Source: Candidatus Stammera capleta
GTDB lineage: Bacteria; Pseudomonadota; Gammaproteobacteria; Enterobacterales; Enterobacteriaceae
NCBI GenBank assembly: GCA_036689495.1
Contig: CP144840.1
Span: forward strand, 46,560 to 110,559
Direction: 5' to 3'
Length of the DNA: 64,000 bases
In this document: positions 1-11,526 of the stretch, one piece after another
How positions within the stretch are numbered: the first letter of the stretch is position 1
Layout of the letters: each line of letters starts with the position of its first letter
The notes under the pieces: generated by a model
The model's input: the letters and a program-made list of their open reading frames with translations, nothing else
What the model was told of the DNA's origin: nothing
Databases searched by the model: none
Position numbers and translations under genes: made by a program

Positions 1-347
1 GAGGTATTAAAAGAGAAGATATTGAAAGAGGACAAGTTTTAGCTAAACCAGGTAGTATAAATCCTCATACTAATTTTGAATCTGAGGTTTATGTTTTATC
101 TAAAGAAGAAGGTGGTAGACATACTCCTTTTTTAAATGGTTATCGTCCTCAATTTTATTTTAGAACTACTGATGTTACTGGTACAATTAAATTACCTAAA
201 GGAGTAGAAATGGTAATACCAGGTGATAATGTTAAAATTTCTGTAAAATTATTTAGTCCTATAGCTATGGATGAAGGATTAAGGTTTGCTATTAGAGAAG
301 GTGGTCGTACAGTAGGAGCAGGTATAGTAAGTAAAATTTTTTCTTAA
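1..347 (+). CDS. tuf: elongation factor Tu, 3' end (5' part lies outside the window)
   Basis: Frame 3 reads ...[85 protein letters not shown], the conserved EF-Tu C-terminal domain. TAA at 345-347. It sits upstream of rpsJ. Confidence 0.95.
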   Translation, partial: GIKREDIERGQVLAKPGSINPHTNFESEVYVLSKEEGGRHTPFLNGYRPQFYFRTTDVTGTIKLPKGVEMVIPGDNVKISVKLFSPIAMDEGLRFAIREGGRTVGAGIVSKIFS

Positions 348-379
348 TATTCTTAATATTTTATTTAGTAGGTTATAAG

Positions 380-691
380 ATGATAAATCAAAGAATTAGA
401 ATTAAATTAAAAGCTTTTGATCATCGTTTAATAGATATATCTACTTTAGAAATTGTAGAAACTGCTAAAAGAACTGGTGCACAAGTTAGAGGACCTATTC
501 CTTTACCTACTTCTATAGAGCGTTTTACAATTTTAGTTTCTCCACATGTTGATAAAGATGCTAGAGATCAATATGAAATTAGAACTCATAAACGTTTAAT
601 TGATATTGTTAAACCTACTGAGAGAACTGTGGATGCTCTTATGAAATTAAATTTAGCTTCTGGTGTAGATGTTCAAATAAGTTTAGGTTAA
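380..691 (+). CDS. rpsJ: 30S ribosomal protein S10
   Basis: ORF-track 103 aa, [19 protein letters not shown]...RGPIPLPT, the S10 signature. First gene of the S10 operon order. Confidence 0.97.
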   Translation: MINQRIRIKLKAFDHRLIDISTLEIVETAKRTGAQVRGPIPLPTSIERFTILVSPHVDKDARDQYEIRTHKRLIDIVKPTERTVDALMKLNLASGVDVQISLG

Positions 692-697
692 TAATTT

Positions 698-1321
698 ATG
701 ATTGTATTAATAGGTAGTAAAGTAGGTATGACAAAAATATTTGACAGTGATGGTTCATCATTTGCTGTAACAGTAATAGAAATTAAAGATAATATTATAA
801 CTTGTATTAAAAAAAGTAATAAAAAATATATTACACAAGTCACAACTGGTACAATAAATATTAAAAAATTAAATAAATCCCAATTGGGATTTTATAAAAA
901 AATTAATATTAATCCTGGAATAGGTTTATGAGAAATACCTTATATTAAAAATTTACATTTACATATTGGACAATCTTTAAAAATTAATTTATTTAATAAT
1001 GTTAAAAAAGTTGATGTTATTGGTATATCTAAAGGTAAAGGTTTTTCAGGTACTATAAAAAGATGAAATTTTTGTTCTCAAGATAAAAGTCATGGTAATT
1101 CTCTATCTCATAGAGTTCCTGGTTCTATAGGTCAAAATCAAACTCCTGGTAAAGTATTTAAAGGAAAAAAAATGTGTGGTCATTTAGGTAATACGAGAAA
1201 TACAATACAAAATTTAAAAATATATAAAATATACGATAAAAAAAATATTTTATTAATTCGTGGTGCTGTTCCTGGATATAATAGTAGTAGATTAATTATA
1301 AGATCATCTATTAAAAGGTAA
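698..1321 (+). CDS. rplC: 50S ribosomal protein L3
   Basis: ORF 698..931 continues in frame through TGA at 929-931 (GLW-E) and 1064-1066 (KRW-NF), both Trp in E. coli L3. Contains [31 protein letters not shown] at 1319-1321. Confidence 0.95.
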
Positions 1322-1331
1322 GATAATTTGT

Positions 1332-1940
1332 ATGGTTAATATTTTATTAAAGGATTCTCAGGAAAGTATATGTTTATCTGATAATATTTTTAAAGTTCAT
1401 TTTGATATTAGTTTAGTACATCAAGTTATAACTTTATGTAGAAATAATTCTCGTAAGGGAAATGTTTCTCAAAAATCTAGATCAGATGTTACTGGTTCTA
1501 ATAAGAAGCCTTGAAGACAAAAAGGTACTGGAAGAGCAAGAGCAGGTTCTTTAAAAAGTCCTATATGACGTTCTGGTGGTGTAACATTTGCTAAAAAACC
1601 TAAGAAATATTTTTTTAAAATAAATAAAAAAGTTTATAAAAAAGTTTTTAAAATGATTTTATCTCGATTATATAAAGAATCTAGATTAAATATTTTAAGT
1701 AATTTAAATATTTCTTATCCTAAAACAAAATTTTTTTTAGAAAAAATTAAATTTTTAAATTTTAAAAGATTATTAATTATAGTTTGTAAATTAGATAGAA
1801 ATTTAATTTTATCTTCACGTAATTTATATAATATACAAGTTTGTCATGTTAATAATATAAATATTATTGATTTTTTAAATTTTGAAAATATTATTTTTAC
1901 TATTTCTTCTATTAAATTTTTAGAGGGTAAATTAAGTTAA
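1332..1940 (+). CDS. rplD: 50S ribosomal protein L4
   Basis: Fragments 1332..1514 and 1653..1940 share a frame and are joined across in-frame TGA. Contains [29 protein letters not shown], the L4 motif. Confidence 0.92.
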
Positions 1941-2245
1941 TGAATTTTAAATTAAATAGTTTTAGTTTTTTTAAAAAACCTTATTTTTCTGAAAAATCTA
2001 GTTTTTATTTAAAAAAAAATAAAACTTTAGTTTTTAAAATTAATAGAAATATTAATAAAACAGAAATATTATTAGCTGTAGAAAAAATATTTAAATTAAA
2101 AGTTAAAAAAATTAGAACATTATGAGTAAAAGGAAAAAGAAAAAATAAAAAAAATGGTCTTGTTAGTTATACTAAAAAATGGAAAAAAATTTATGTTATT
2201 TTAGAAAAAAATCAAAATTTAGAATTAAATAGTTTATTAAAATAA
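1940..2245 (+). CDS. rplW: 50S ribosomal protein L23
   Basis: ATG shares one base with the rplD stop (TAATG). Fragment 1940..2125 continues across TGA to ...[23 protein letters not shown], resembling L23. TAA at 2243-2245. Confidence 0.85.
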
Positions 2246-2259
2246 TTTATAGGTCTATT

Positions 2260-3081
2260 ATGGTTATTGTAAAATATAATCCTACTTCTCCTGGACGTAG
2301 ACATAAAGTTAAAATATCAAATTTTTTTTTATATAAAGGTAAACCTTGTTCTTTTTTATTAAAAAAAAAGAAAAAAACTGGAGGACGTAATAATTTAGGT
2401 AGAATTACTGTTAGACATATTGGTGGAGGTTGTAAACAAAAGTATCGTTTAATTGATTTTAAGAGAAATAAAGATAATATTTCTGCTATTGTTGAAAGAA
2501 TAGAATATGATCCTAATAGATCTGCCTATATAGCTTTAATTTTATATAGAGATGGTGAAAGAAGATATATAATTTATCCTAAAAATTTAAAGATTGGAGA
2601 TAAAATTGAATCTGGCACTAATGTTCCTATAACTTTAGGTAATTGTTTACCTCTAATAAATATACCTGTGGGTTCTATTATACATAATATAGAATTAATT
2701 CCTGGTAAAGGAGGACAAATTTCTAGATCAGCGGGTTCTTATTGTCAATTATTAGTACGTGAAGATAAAAATGTAGTGTTACGTTTACGTTCTGGTGAAT
2801 TAAGAAAAATTAATGTTTTTTGTAGAGCTACTTTAGGTGAAGTAGGTAATTCAGAATATATGTTACGTATGTTAGGTAAAGCAGGTGTTTCACGTTGGTT
2901 AGGTATAAGACCTACGGTACGTGGTACTGCTATGAATCCTGTAGATCATCCCCATGGAGGGGGGGAAGGACGTAATTTTGGTAAACATCCAGTTACTCCA
3001 TGAGGATTTAAAACAAAAGGAAAAAAAACTCGTTTAAATAAGCGTACTAATAAATATATTGTTCAGTATCGTAAAAAATAA
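2260..3081 (+). CDS. rplB: 50S ribosomal protein L2
   Basis: ORF 2260..3003 carries [18 protein letters not shown] and continues across TGA ([16 protein letters not shown], Trp in E. coli). TAA at 3079-3081. Confidence 0.97.
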
Positions 3082-3095
3082 TTTAGGTAATTAAA

Positions 3096-3377
3096 ATGTC
3101 TCGTTCTTTTAAAAAAGGTCCATTTATTGATGTTCATTTGTTTAATAAAATTAAAAAAGCGATTAAATTAAAAGATAAAAAACCTATTCGAACATGATCT
3201 AGAAGATCTACTATATTACCTAATATGATTGGTTTAACTATTTTAGTTCATAATGGTAGACGTCATATTCCTGTATATATAACTGAAGATATGGTAGGTC
3301 ATAAATTAGGTGAATTTTCTCCTACTAGAACATATAGAGGACATTTATCTTCTAATAAAAAAATTAAAAAAGATTAG
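3096..3377 (+). CDS. rpsS: 30S ribosomal protein S19
   Basis: Not in the ORF track because of an internal TGA. Reads [15 protein letters not shown]...[56 protein letters not shown] at 3375-3377. Confidence 0.95.
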
Positions 3378-3386
3378 GGTATTAAA

Positions 3387-3719
3387 ATGGAAGTTTATGC
3401 TAGATATTGTTATGTAAAATCATCTTTTCAAAAACTAAGGCTAGTAGCTAATTTAATTAGAGGTAAAAATGTTGATTTTGCTCTAAATATATTAAATTTT
3501 ACTAATAAAAAGGCTGCTTTATTAATTAGTAAAGTATTAAAATCTGCATTATATAATGCTTTACATAATAATAATATTAATAGAAATAATTTAAAAATAT
3601 CTAGAATTTATATTGATAAAGCTACTTTAATTAAACGTGTTATGCCTAGAGCTAAAGGTAGAGTGAATTATATTTCAAAGCGTACTAGTCATATTACTGT
3701 ATTTATTTCTGATGTATAA
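3387..3719 (+). CDS. rplV: 50S ribosomal protein L22
   Basis: ORF-track 110 aa. KLRLVANLIRGKNVDFALNIL...RVMPRAKGR is L22-like. Position in the operon fits. Confidence 0.93.
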   Translation: MEVYARYCYVKSSFQKLRLVANLIRGKNVDFALNILNFTNKKAALLISKVLKSALYNALHNNNINRNNLKISRIYIDKATLIKRVMPRAKGRVNYISKRTSHITVFISDV

Positions 3720-3742
3720 TAGTATTTTATTGGTGATATATT

Positions 3743-4456
3743 ATGGGACAAAAAGTTAATCCTAATGTAATTCGTTTAGGAATTACAAGAATGTGAAATT
3801 CTGCTTGATTTGTTAATAAAAAAGATTTTGCTAGAAATTTAGAAAGTGATTTTATTGTTAGAAATTTTTTATATAAAAAATTATCTAAGGCATTAATTTC
3901 AAAAATATTAATTGAAAGACCAGCTAAAAAAAGTATTAGAATAACTATTTATACTGCTCGTCCTGGTATAGTTATAGGTAAGAAAGGTGAAGATATAGAA
4001 AAATTAAAAAAAAAAATTTCTCATATTACTGGAGTAACTTCACAAATTAATATTTCTGAAATACGTAAACCAGAATTAGATGCTAAATTAATAGCTAAAA
4101 ATATATCTACTCAGTTAGAAAGAAGAATTATGTTTAGAAGAGTAATGAAAAGAGTTATAAATAATGCTATGCGTTTTGGAGCAAAAGGAATTAAATTAGA
4201 AGTTAGTGGTAGATTAGGTGGAACTGAAATAGCTAGAAGAGAATGATATCGTGAAGGTCGTGTACCTTTACACACTTTAAGAGCTGATATAGATTATAGT
4301 TCTTCTGAAGCTTATACTAATTACGGAGTTATAGGTATTAAAGTGTGAATATTTAAAGGAGAAATTTTAGATAAATTTTATCCAATAAAATTATATAATA
4401 GTAATGCATTAAGTATAAGAAGATATTTTAAAAGAATTCGTAGAAATATTAAATAA
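3743..4456 (+). CDS. rpsC: 30S ribosomal protein S3
   Basis: Reads [23 protein letters not shown]... (both TGA are Trp in E. coli), then [18 protein letters not shown] and [33 protein letters not shown] at 4454-4456. Confidence 0.96.
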
Positions 4457-4479
4457 TTGTTTTGGGGGTATATAATATT

Positions 4480-4935
4480 ATGTTACAACCTAAAAAAACT
4501 AAATATAGAAAAGTTCAAAAAGGTCGTAATAAAGGTATATCTAATGATACAGAATTACATTTTGGAAAGTTTGGTTTAAAAGCTATTACTAGAGGTAGTA
4601 TATCTTCTAGACAAATAGAAGCTGCTCGTCGTGTTATTTCTCGAACTATGAAAAGACAAGGTTTTTTATGAATAAGAATATTTCCAGATAAACCTATTAC
4701 CAAGAAACCTTTAGAAATACGTATGGGAAAAGGTAAAGGTAATGTAGAATATTGAGTTTCTATTGTAAAACCTGGAAAAATTTTATATGAAATGGATGGT
4801 GTTGAGGAAAAAATAGCTAGAAAAGCCTTAAAATTAGCTAGTGATAAATTATCTGTTAAAACAATGTTTGTAATTAAAAATCTTTTATTATGATTAATAA
4901 TAAACTTTTGAAAAATAAAAATATTGAAGAATTAA
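4480..4935 (+). CDS. rplP: 50S ribosomal protein L16; the end given assumes UGA read-through
   Basis: [19 protein letters not shown]... with [13 protein letters not shown]. Homology to L16 ends at codon 137. Codon 138 is TGA (4891-4893) inside the ATGA overlap with the rpmC start. Under table 4 the frame stays open until TAA at 4933-4935. Confidence 0.9.
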
Positions 4936-5087
4936 ATAATGAATTAAATAGTTTATTAAAACAGTATTTAAATTTATATATTCAATTATCTTCTGGTAAA
5001 TTAAAACAAACTCATTTAATACGTTTATGTAGAAGAAATATAGCTCGTGTTAAAACTTTTTTGATTATTAAAAAAAAAGAGGTCTAG
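4890..5087 (+). CDS. rpmC: 50S ribosomal protein L29
   Basis: ORF-track 65 aa of L29 size, lying between rplP and rpsQ. The [18 protein letters not shown] helical pattern fits. Confidence 0.85.
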   Translation: MINNKLLKNKNIEELNNELNSLLKQYLNLYIQLSSGKLKQTHLIRLCRRNIARVKTFLIIKKKEV

Positions 5088-5090
5088 TTT

Positions 5091-5339
5091 GTGTTAAAAA
5101 AAAAAAAAAAAATTAAATGTTATGTATTAAGTAATAAAATGAATAAAACTTTAGTTGTATATATTTTAAAATTTAAAAAACATAAAATTTATAGAAAATA
5201 TATAAAAAAAAGAATTAAAATGTATGTTCATGATGAAAATAATAAGTGTAATATTGGAGATTATATAGAAATTAAAGAGTGTAAACCTTATTCAAAAAAA
5301 AAATCTTGGGTTTTTTGTAAAATTATTAAAAAATTTTAG
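5091..5339 (+). CDS. rpsQ: 30S ribosomal protein S17
   Basis: GTG start. ...[14 protein letters not shown]...[31 protein letters not shown] matches S17 (HVHDENNECGIGD..RPLSKTKSW). Confidence 0.93.
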   Translation: MLKKKKKIKCYVLSNKMNKTLVVYILKFKKHKIYRKYIKKRIKMYVHDENNKCNIGDYIEIKECKPYSKKKSWVFCKIIKKF

Positions 5340-5350
5340 ATGGATTAATT

Positions 5351-5722
5351 ATGATACAAGAAAGATCTTTGTTATGTGTAGCAGATAATTCTGGTGCTAA
5401 AATTGTAATGTGTATTAGAGTTTTAGGAGGAACTAATTGTAGATATGCTAATATTGGTAATATTATTAAAGTAGTTGTCAAAGAAGTTATTACTAAAAGT
5501 AAAGTTTATAAAGGAGAAGTTTTAAAAGCAGTTATTATAAGAACTAAGTATGGTTTGTCTCGATTAGATGGTTCTTATATTAGGTTTGATAGTAATGCAT
5601 GTGTATTATTAAATGATAGTAATGAACAGCCTATTGGTACTAGAATTTTTGGTCCTGTTACTAGAGAATTGAGATCAGAAAAGTTTACTAAAATAATATC
5701 TCTGGCTTCTGAAGTAATTTAA
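5351..5722 (+). CDS. rplN: 50S ribosomal protein L14
   Basis: [17 protein letters not shown]...[12 protein letters not shown]...[15 protein letters not shown], the L14 signature. Confidence 0.97.
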   Translation: MIQERSLLCVADNSGAKIVMCIRVLGGTNCRYANIGNIIKVVVKEVITKSKVYKGEVLKAVIIRTKYGLSRLDGSYIRFDSNACVLLNDSNEQPIGTRIFGPVTRELRSEKFTKIISLASEVI

Positions 5723-5739
5723 GTAAAGGTGTTATTAAT

Positions 5740-6048
5740 ATGTCTTGTAAATTTCGTGTAAATGATGAAGTAATAGTTATTACTGGTAAAGATAAAGGTA
5801 AAAAAGGTGTAATTACTAAAATATTAGGTAATAAAATTTTAGTTCGTGGAATAAATTTAGTTTTAAAACATCAAAAATCTATTCCATCTAAAAATATTTT
5901 AGGGGGTAAAATACATAAAGAATCTTTTATTAATATTTCTAATGTTAGTCATTTTTGTACAACTACTAATAAAAAATCTAAAATAGGATTTAAATTTGTT
6001 AATAAAAAAAAAGTTCGTTATTTTAAATGTAGTAAATTATTTTTTTAA
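5740..6048 (+). CDS. rplX: 50S ribosomal protein L24
   Basis: 102 aa with the KOW-like VNDEVIVITGKDKGKKGVI. Operon position fits. Confidence 0.9.
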   Translation: MSCKFRVNDEVIVITGKDKGKKGVITKILGNKILVRGINLVLKHQKSIPSKNILGGKIHKESFINISNVSHFCTTTNKKSKIGFKFVNKKKVRYFKCSKLFF

Positions 6049-6054
6049 GTCTAT

Positions 6055-6594
6055 ATGAGTAATTTATTTATTTTATATAAAGATGTGGTAACAAAAAAAT
6101 TAATAGATAAATTTAATTATAAATCTGTTATGGAAGTTCCTAAAATAGTTAAAATAGTGTTAAGTGTTAGTTTAAATAATTTTAATTTAGAAAAAAAAAG
6201 ATTAATTGATGTTTGTACAAATTTAAGATTAATTACCGGACAACAACCTATAGTAACTAAATCTAAAAAATCTATTGCAAATTTTAAAATACGTCAAGGT
6301 TTTCCTATTGGTTGTAAAGTTACTTTAAGAAAAAAAAATATGTGAAATTTTTTAGATAAATTAATATTTATTGCCATACCTAGAATTAGAGATTTTAGAG
6401 GTTTTTCTAAAAATTCTTTTGATAAGTATGCTAATCTTAATATAGGTATTAAAGAACATACTATTTTTCCTGAAATTAATTATGAAAAAGTAGTTTATAT
6501 TCATGGTTTAAATGTATCTATTATTACTACTACAAATATTTTAAAAGAATCTAAAGCTTTATTAACGGAATTTTATTTTCCATTTTTTAATTAG
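6055..6594 (+). CDS. rplE: 50S ribosomal protein L5
   Basis: ORF 6055..6345 continues across TGA ([24 protein letters not shown], Trp in E. coli). TAG at 6592-6594. Confidence 0.94.
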
Positions 6595-6605
6595 TATTAA
6601 TTTAT

Positions 6606-6911
6606 ATGACTAAAAAATCAATTATAGCTCGTGAAAATAAAAAATTTTTGTTAATTAAAAAATTTTTTTTTCAGAGAAAAAAATTAAAAAAAATTATATC
6701 TAGTAATAAAACTTCTAATAAGGATAGATGAAAAGCTATTGTTAAATTACAATCTTTACCTAGAAATTCTTGTTCTGTACGTTATAGAAATAGATGTAAA
6801 TTAACTGGTAGACCTCATGCTTATTTACGTAAATTTGGTTTAAGTCGAATAAAATTTCGTGAATTTGCATTAAAAGGATATATTCCTGGGTTAAGAAAAT
6901 CTAGTTGGTAA
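6606..6911 (+). CDS. rpsN: 30S ribosomal protein S14
   Basis: [13 protein letters not shown]...[16 protein letters not shown]...[26 protein letters not shown]...PGLRKSSW*. The internal TGA aligns with Trp in E. coli S14. Confidence 0.94.
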
Positions 6912-6934
6912 TTTAATTTTGAGGTATTAATTTT

Positions 6935-7330
6935 ATGAGTATGCAAGATCCTATTAGTAATATGTTGACTTGTATAAGAAATTCTCAGGTAGCTAAAAAA
7001 AAAGAAGTTTTAATTTATTATTCTAAATTTAAAGAATCTATTTTAAAAATTTTTTTACGTGAAGGTTTTATAAAAAAATATTGTTTAATAAATAATAATT
7101 TAAATAAAAAAATTTTAATTAAATTAAAATATTTTACTGGTTTACCAGTTATTACTAAAATTAAAAGGATAAGTCGTCCTGGTTTAAGAATTTATTTATC
7201 TTATAGTAAATTACCTGTTGTAAAATCTGGTTTAGGAGTTTTTATTATTTCTACTTCTAAAGGTGTTATATCAGATAAAGAAGCTCGTTTATTTAAAATA
7301 GGTGGTGAAGTTATTTGTTATATTTTTTAA
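6935..7330 (+). CDS. rpsH: 30S ribosomal protein S8
   Basis: MSMQDPISNMLTCIRNSQVAKKKEV matches the E. coli S8 N-terminus almost residue for residue. Confidence 0.96.
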   Translation: MSMQDPISNMLTCIRNSQVAKKKEVLIYYSKFKESILKIFLREGFIKKYCLINNNLNKKILIKLKYFTGLPVITKIKRISRPGLRIYLSYSKLPVVKSGLGVFIISTSKGVISDKEARLFKIGGEVICYIF

Positions 7331-7344
7331 TTAAGGATAATAAT

Positions 7345-7893
7345 ATGTTTCGTATTTCTAAAAAACCAATTGTTTTTCCTAAAAATATTTTAGTTAAAAT
7401 TAAAGGTAGAAAAATTTTTTTTCAAAAAAATAAATTAAAAATTGTACAGATTATACATAGTTCTGTAATACCTATTTTAAAAAATAAAAATGAAATTTTA
7501 TTGAAATTAAATGATAATTTTATAAAAAATAAAAAATATATTGGTACTACACGATCTATTATATTTAATATTATACAAGGTATAATATATGGTTTTTCTA
7601 AAAAATTATTGATTATAGGAGTAGGTTATAAAGCTTTCATAAAAGATAATATTTTAAATTTAAGTTTAGGATTTTCACATATTATAAAATATAATATACC
7701 TATAAATGTAGATATTTATTGTCCTAATTCTAATGAAATTATAATTAAGAGTTGAGATAAACAATTAGTAGGTTGTGTAGCGGCTAAAATACGTTCTTTT
7801 CGTGTACCTGAACATTATAAAAAAGGGAAAGGTATACGTTATTGAGATGAAAAAGTTCGTATTAAAGAACATAAAAAAAAAATTAGTAAATAA
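7345..7893 (+). CDS. rplF: 50S ribosomal protein L6
   Basis: ATG at 7345 follows an AAGGA. MFRISKKPIVFPKN... continues across two TGA to ...RVPEHYKKGKGIRYW-DEKVRIKE. TAA at 7891-7893. Confidence 0.9.
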
Positions 7894-7919
7894 TTATTTT
7901 ATTTGGTATATAAAATATT

Positions 7920-8273
7920 ATGTATAAAAAAAAAAAACGTTTACGTAGATGTAAAAAAATACGTTTTATTTTTAAAAAAGAAAATAAATTACGTTTAGTA
8001 GTATATAAAACTTCTCGTCATATATATACACAAATAATATCTCAAAAAAATAATTTTTCTGAAGTTTTAGTATCTGCTTCTACTTTAGAAAAAAGTCTTG
8101 ATATAAAATATGGTGGTAATAAATATGCTGCTAAAAAAATAGGTAAAATTGTTGCTTTAAGAGCTATTAAAAAAGGAATATTAAATGTTGTTTATGATCG
8201 TTCAGGTTTTAAATATCATGGTCGTATTAAAATTTTAGCAGAAAATTCGAGAAAATATGGTTTAGTATTTTAA
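7920..8273 (+). CDS. rplR: 50S ribosomal protein L18
   Basis: [17 protein letters not shown]...[26 protein letters not shown] matches L18. Confidence 0.95.
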   Translation: MYKKKKRLRRCKKIRFIFKKENKLRLVVYKTSRHIYTQIISQKNNFSEVLVSASTLEKSLDIKYGGNKYAAKKIGKIVALRAIKKGILNVVYDRSGFKYHGRIKILAENSRKYGLVF

Positions 8274-8286
8274 ATTGGTATATTTT

Positions 8287-8790
8287 ATGATTAAATTTAA
8301 TAAAGTTAATGAATTTTATGAAAAATTAATATCAGTTAATAGAGTTTCTAAAACAGTTAAAGGTGGTAGAGTATTTTCTTTTACCGCTTTAACTGTAGTA
8401 GGTGATAGATGTGGTAGAGTAGGGTACGGATATGGTAAAGCTAAAGAAGTTCCTTTAGCTATACAAAAAGCTATGGATAAATCTCGTAAAAATATGTTTA
8501 CTATTTTATTAAATAAAAAAAATACTATAAGATATGAAGTTAAAGGTGTATATACTAGTACAAACGTATTTATAAAACCTGCTTCTGAAGGTACTGGTAT
8601 TATAGCAGGAAAGTCTATGAGAGCTATTTTTGAAGCTGTTGGTATTAAAAATATTTTAGCTAAATTATATGGTTCTAGTAATCCATTAAATGTTGTAAAA
8701 GCTACATTAAATGCATTACATAATATACAATCACCAATTTATATAGCTAGAAAAAGAGGTAAATTTTTAAAGGAAATATTTACATATTAA
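8287..8790 (+). CDS. rpsE: 30S ribosomal protein S5
   Basis: [48 protein letters not shown]...[11 protein letters not shown] prefer the ATG at 8287 over the TTG at 8275 used by the ORF track. Confidence 0.95.
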   Translation: MIKFNKVNEFYEKLISVNRVSKTVKGGRVFSFTALTVVGDRCGRVGYGYGKAKEVPLAIQKAMDKSRKNMFTILLNKKNTIRYEVKGVYTSTNVFIKPASEGTGIIAGKSMRAIFEAVGIKNILAKLYGSSNPLNVVKATLNALHNIQSPIYIARKRGKFLKEIFTY

Positions 8791-8853
8791 AAATTAATAA
8801 TATTTAATAATATTTATAATTATTAAATTTTTTTTTATATTTGGTTATAATTA

Positions 8854-9282
8854 ATGCTTAATTTAAATAATTTGTGAAATATAAATAAAAAAAAGACACC
8901 TAAAAGATTAGGTAGAGGTATAGGTTCTGGATTAGGTAAAACATGTGGAAAAGGACATAAAGGTCAAAAAAGTAGATCTGGAGGTAGAATTAGAAGATTA
9001 TATGAAGGAGGTCAAACTCCTTTTTATAGAAGAATACCTAAATTTGGATTTAAAAGTTTAAATATTAATAAAAAAGTTGAAATACGTTTATCTGATTTAA
9101 ATATATTTAAAGATAATTCTATAATTAATTTAAAAAAATTAAAGGTTAAAAAATTGGTTTCTATTAAAACTAAATTAGTTAAAATAATATTACATGGTAA
9201 ATTAAAGAAAAAAAATATTAAAATTTCTGATAAAAATATTAAAATTTCTTTAGGTGTTAGTAAAATTATTACAAATAAATAA
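8854..9282 (+). CDS. rplO: 50S ribosomal protein L15
   Basis: MLNLNNLW-N...[28 protein letters not shown]...[15 protein letters not shown]. Absent from the ORF track because of an early TGA. Confidence 0.94.
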
Positions 9283-9298
9283 TATTTTATAAATAAGT

Positions 9299-10612
9299 AT
9301 GGATATTAAAAAAATTTTTTTTTATGATGTTTTAAATAATTTACAAAATTTAAAAAATAGATTATTATTTTTATGTTTTTGTATTATTGTATTACGTACA
9401 GGAGTTTTTATTCCTATTCCAGGAATAAATTTATATTTATTAAATGATATATTAAAAAATACTAATAATAGTTTTATAGATATATTTAATATGTTTTCTG
9501 GAGGTTCTTTACTACATGCTTCTATTTTTGCTTTAGGTATTATGCCTTATATTTCTTCTTCTATTATTATACAATTATTTACTGTTATTTTTCCATCTTT
9601 TATGGAATTTAAAAATGAAGGTAGCGAAGGAAAATATAAAATAAATCAATATACTCGTTATTTAACATTATGTATTTCAATAGTTCAAGCTTGTGCTTTA
9701 TCTACTACAATTATGTATTTACCAATTATTAAAAAAATTATAATTTATAGAGGAATATTATTTTATTTAACTTCAGTAATTACTTTAGTAACTGGTACAA
9801 TGTTTCTAATGTGATTAGGAGAACAAATTTCTGAAAAAGGAATAGGTAATGGTGTATCTGTAATAATTTTTACTGGTATTATATCTAATTTACCTAAATC
9901 TTTATTTAATTTATTAGATCAATTAAAAAATAATTATATTACTTATTATAAATTTTTTTTAATATTATTTTTAGTAATATGTACTATATATTTTATAGTT
10001 TTTATAGAAATAGCACAAAGAAAAATTTTAATACAATATGCATCTAGAAGATATCAAGGTAATAGATTTTTTTCTTCTGATACATATTTACCTTTAAAAT
10101 TAAATATGGCTGGTGTTATACCATCTATATTTTCTTCTAGTATAATAATGTTTCCTTATATAATTATGTTTTGGTTAAAGAATTCTAATTATTTTAATTG
10201 AATATCAAATTTATTAGGTTATTTATATCCAAAAAGTTTTTTTTATTTATTAGTTTATTTATTTTTAATAATATTTTTTTCTTTTTTTTATACATTATTA
10301 ATGTATAATTCTAATGATATTGCTAATAATTTAAAAAAGTCTGGTGCTTATATTACTGGTATACGTCCAGGATTAAGAACTTCTAATTATATAAATAATA
10401 TTATTTTAAGATTAACTTTGTTAGGTTCTTTATATATGTCTATAATTTGTTTAATACCTGATTTTATGTATGATATAATAGGTGTTTCTTTTTATTTTGG
10501 GGGTACATCTTTATTAATAGTTATAGTAGTTGTTATAGAGTTTATAACTCAAATACAAACGTTAATTATGTCTAATAAATATTTATCTATGTTAAAAAAA
10601 ATTAATTTTTAA
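9299..10612 (+). CDS. secY: preprotein translocase subunit SecY
   Basis: Fragments 9299..9814 and 10301..10612 and the unlisted middle form one open frame (checked codon by codon) across TGA at 9812-9814 and 10199-10201. Multi-TM protein with [24 protein letters not shown] and [17 protein letters not shown]. Confidence 0.95.
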
Positions 10613-10616
10613 ATAT

Positions 10617-10733
10617 ATGAAAGTTAGAGCATCAATAAAAAAATTTTGTTCTTTTTGTAAGGTTGTAAAACGTAAAGGTGTATTACGTATAATATGTAGC
10701 ATGAATCCTAAACATAAACAACGTCAAGGATAG
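10617..10733 (+). CDS. rpmJ: 50S ribosomal protein L36
   Basis: [38 protein letters not shown], nearly identical in pattern to E. coli L36. Confidence 0.95.
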   Translation: MKVRASIKKFCSFCKVVKRKGVLRIICSMNPKHKQRQG

Positions 10734-10752
10734 TATAAAAAAGGAGATTTTT

Positions 10753-11103
10753 ATGGTAAGAATAGCAGGAATTAATATTCCTGATAATAAAAATGTGTTA
10801 TATGGTTTAAGATTTATTTATGGTATAGGTAAATCTAGAGCAAAATATATTTGTAATTTTTTAGATATAAATTATTTTTGTAAATTAAGTGATTTAAATT
10901 CTAATCAATTAAATTTAATTAGAAATAAAATTTCTAGTTTTTTAGTTGAAGGTGATTTACGTAGAGAAGTAATGTTAAATATTAAAAGATTAATAGATTT
11001 AAATTCTTATAGAGGTTTACGTCATAGAAAACATTTACCTGTAAGAGGTCAAAGAACTAGAACTAATGCTAAAACTTGTAGAAAATTACGTAATTTTAAA
11101 TAG
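10753..11103 (+). CDS. rpsM: 30S ribosomal protein S13
   Basis: [15 protein letters not shown]...[23 protein letters not shown], preceded by AAGGAG. Confidence 0.96.
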   Translation: MVRIAGINIPDNKNVLYGLRFIYGIGKSRAKYICNFLDINYFCKLSDLNSNQLNLIRNKISSFLVEGDLRREVMLNIKRLIDLNSYRGLRHRKHLPVRGQRTRTNAKTCRKLRNFK

Positions 11104-11113
11104 GTGATAATTT

Positions 11114-11497
11114 ATGGAGTTTAAAAAAAATCGTAGAAAAATTAAAAGACAAGTTTTAAATGCTGTAGCTCATATATATTCTACTTTTAATAATACTATA
11201 ATAAGTGTTACTGATACTAATGGTAATGTATTAGGTTGATCTACTTCTGGTGGTTCAGGTTTTAGAGGATCTAGAAAATCTACTCCTTTTGCTGCTCAAG
11301 TAGCAACTGAAAAATGTATAAATATTATAAAAATTTATGGTATAAAAAATTTAGATATTATGGTAAGTGGTCCTGGACCTGGTCGTGAGTCTAGTATTAG
11401 AACTTTTAATGCAGCTGGTTTCAATATTGTTAGTATTAATGATGTTACTTCTATACCACATAATGGTTGTCGTCCTCCTAAAAAAAGACGTGTTTAA
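11114..11497 (+). CDS. rpsK: 30S ribosomal protein S11
   Basis: ...[44 protein letters not shown]...[14 protein letters not shown]. The TGA aligns with Trp in E. coli. Confidence 0.96.
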
Positions 11498-11526
11498 TAA
11501 TTAATTATTATTTATATTTTATTTAT

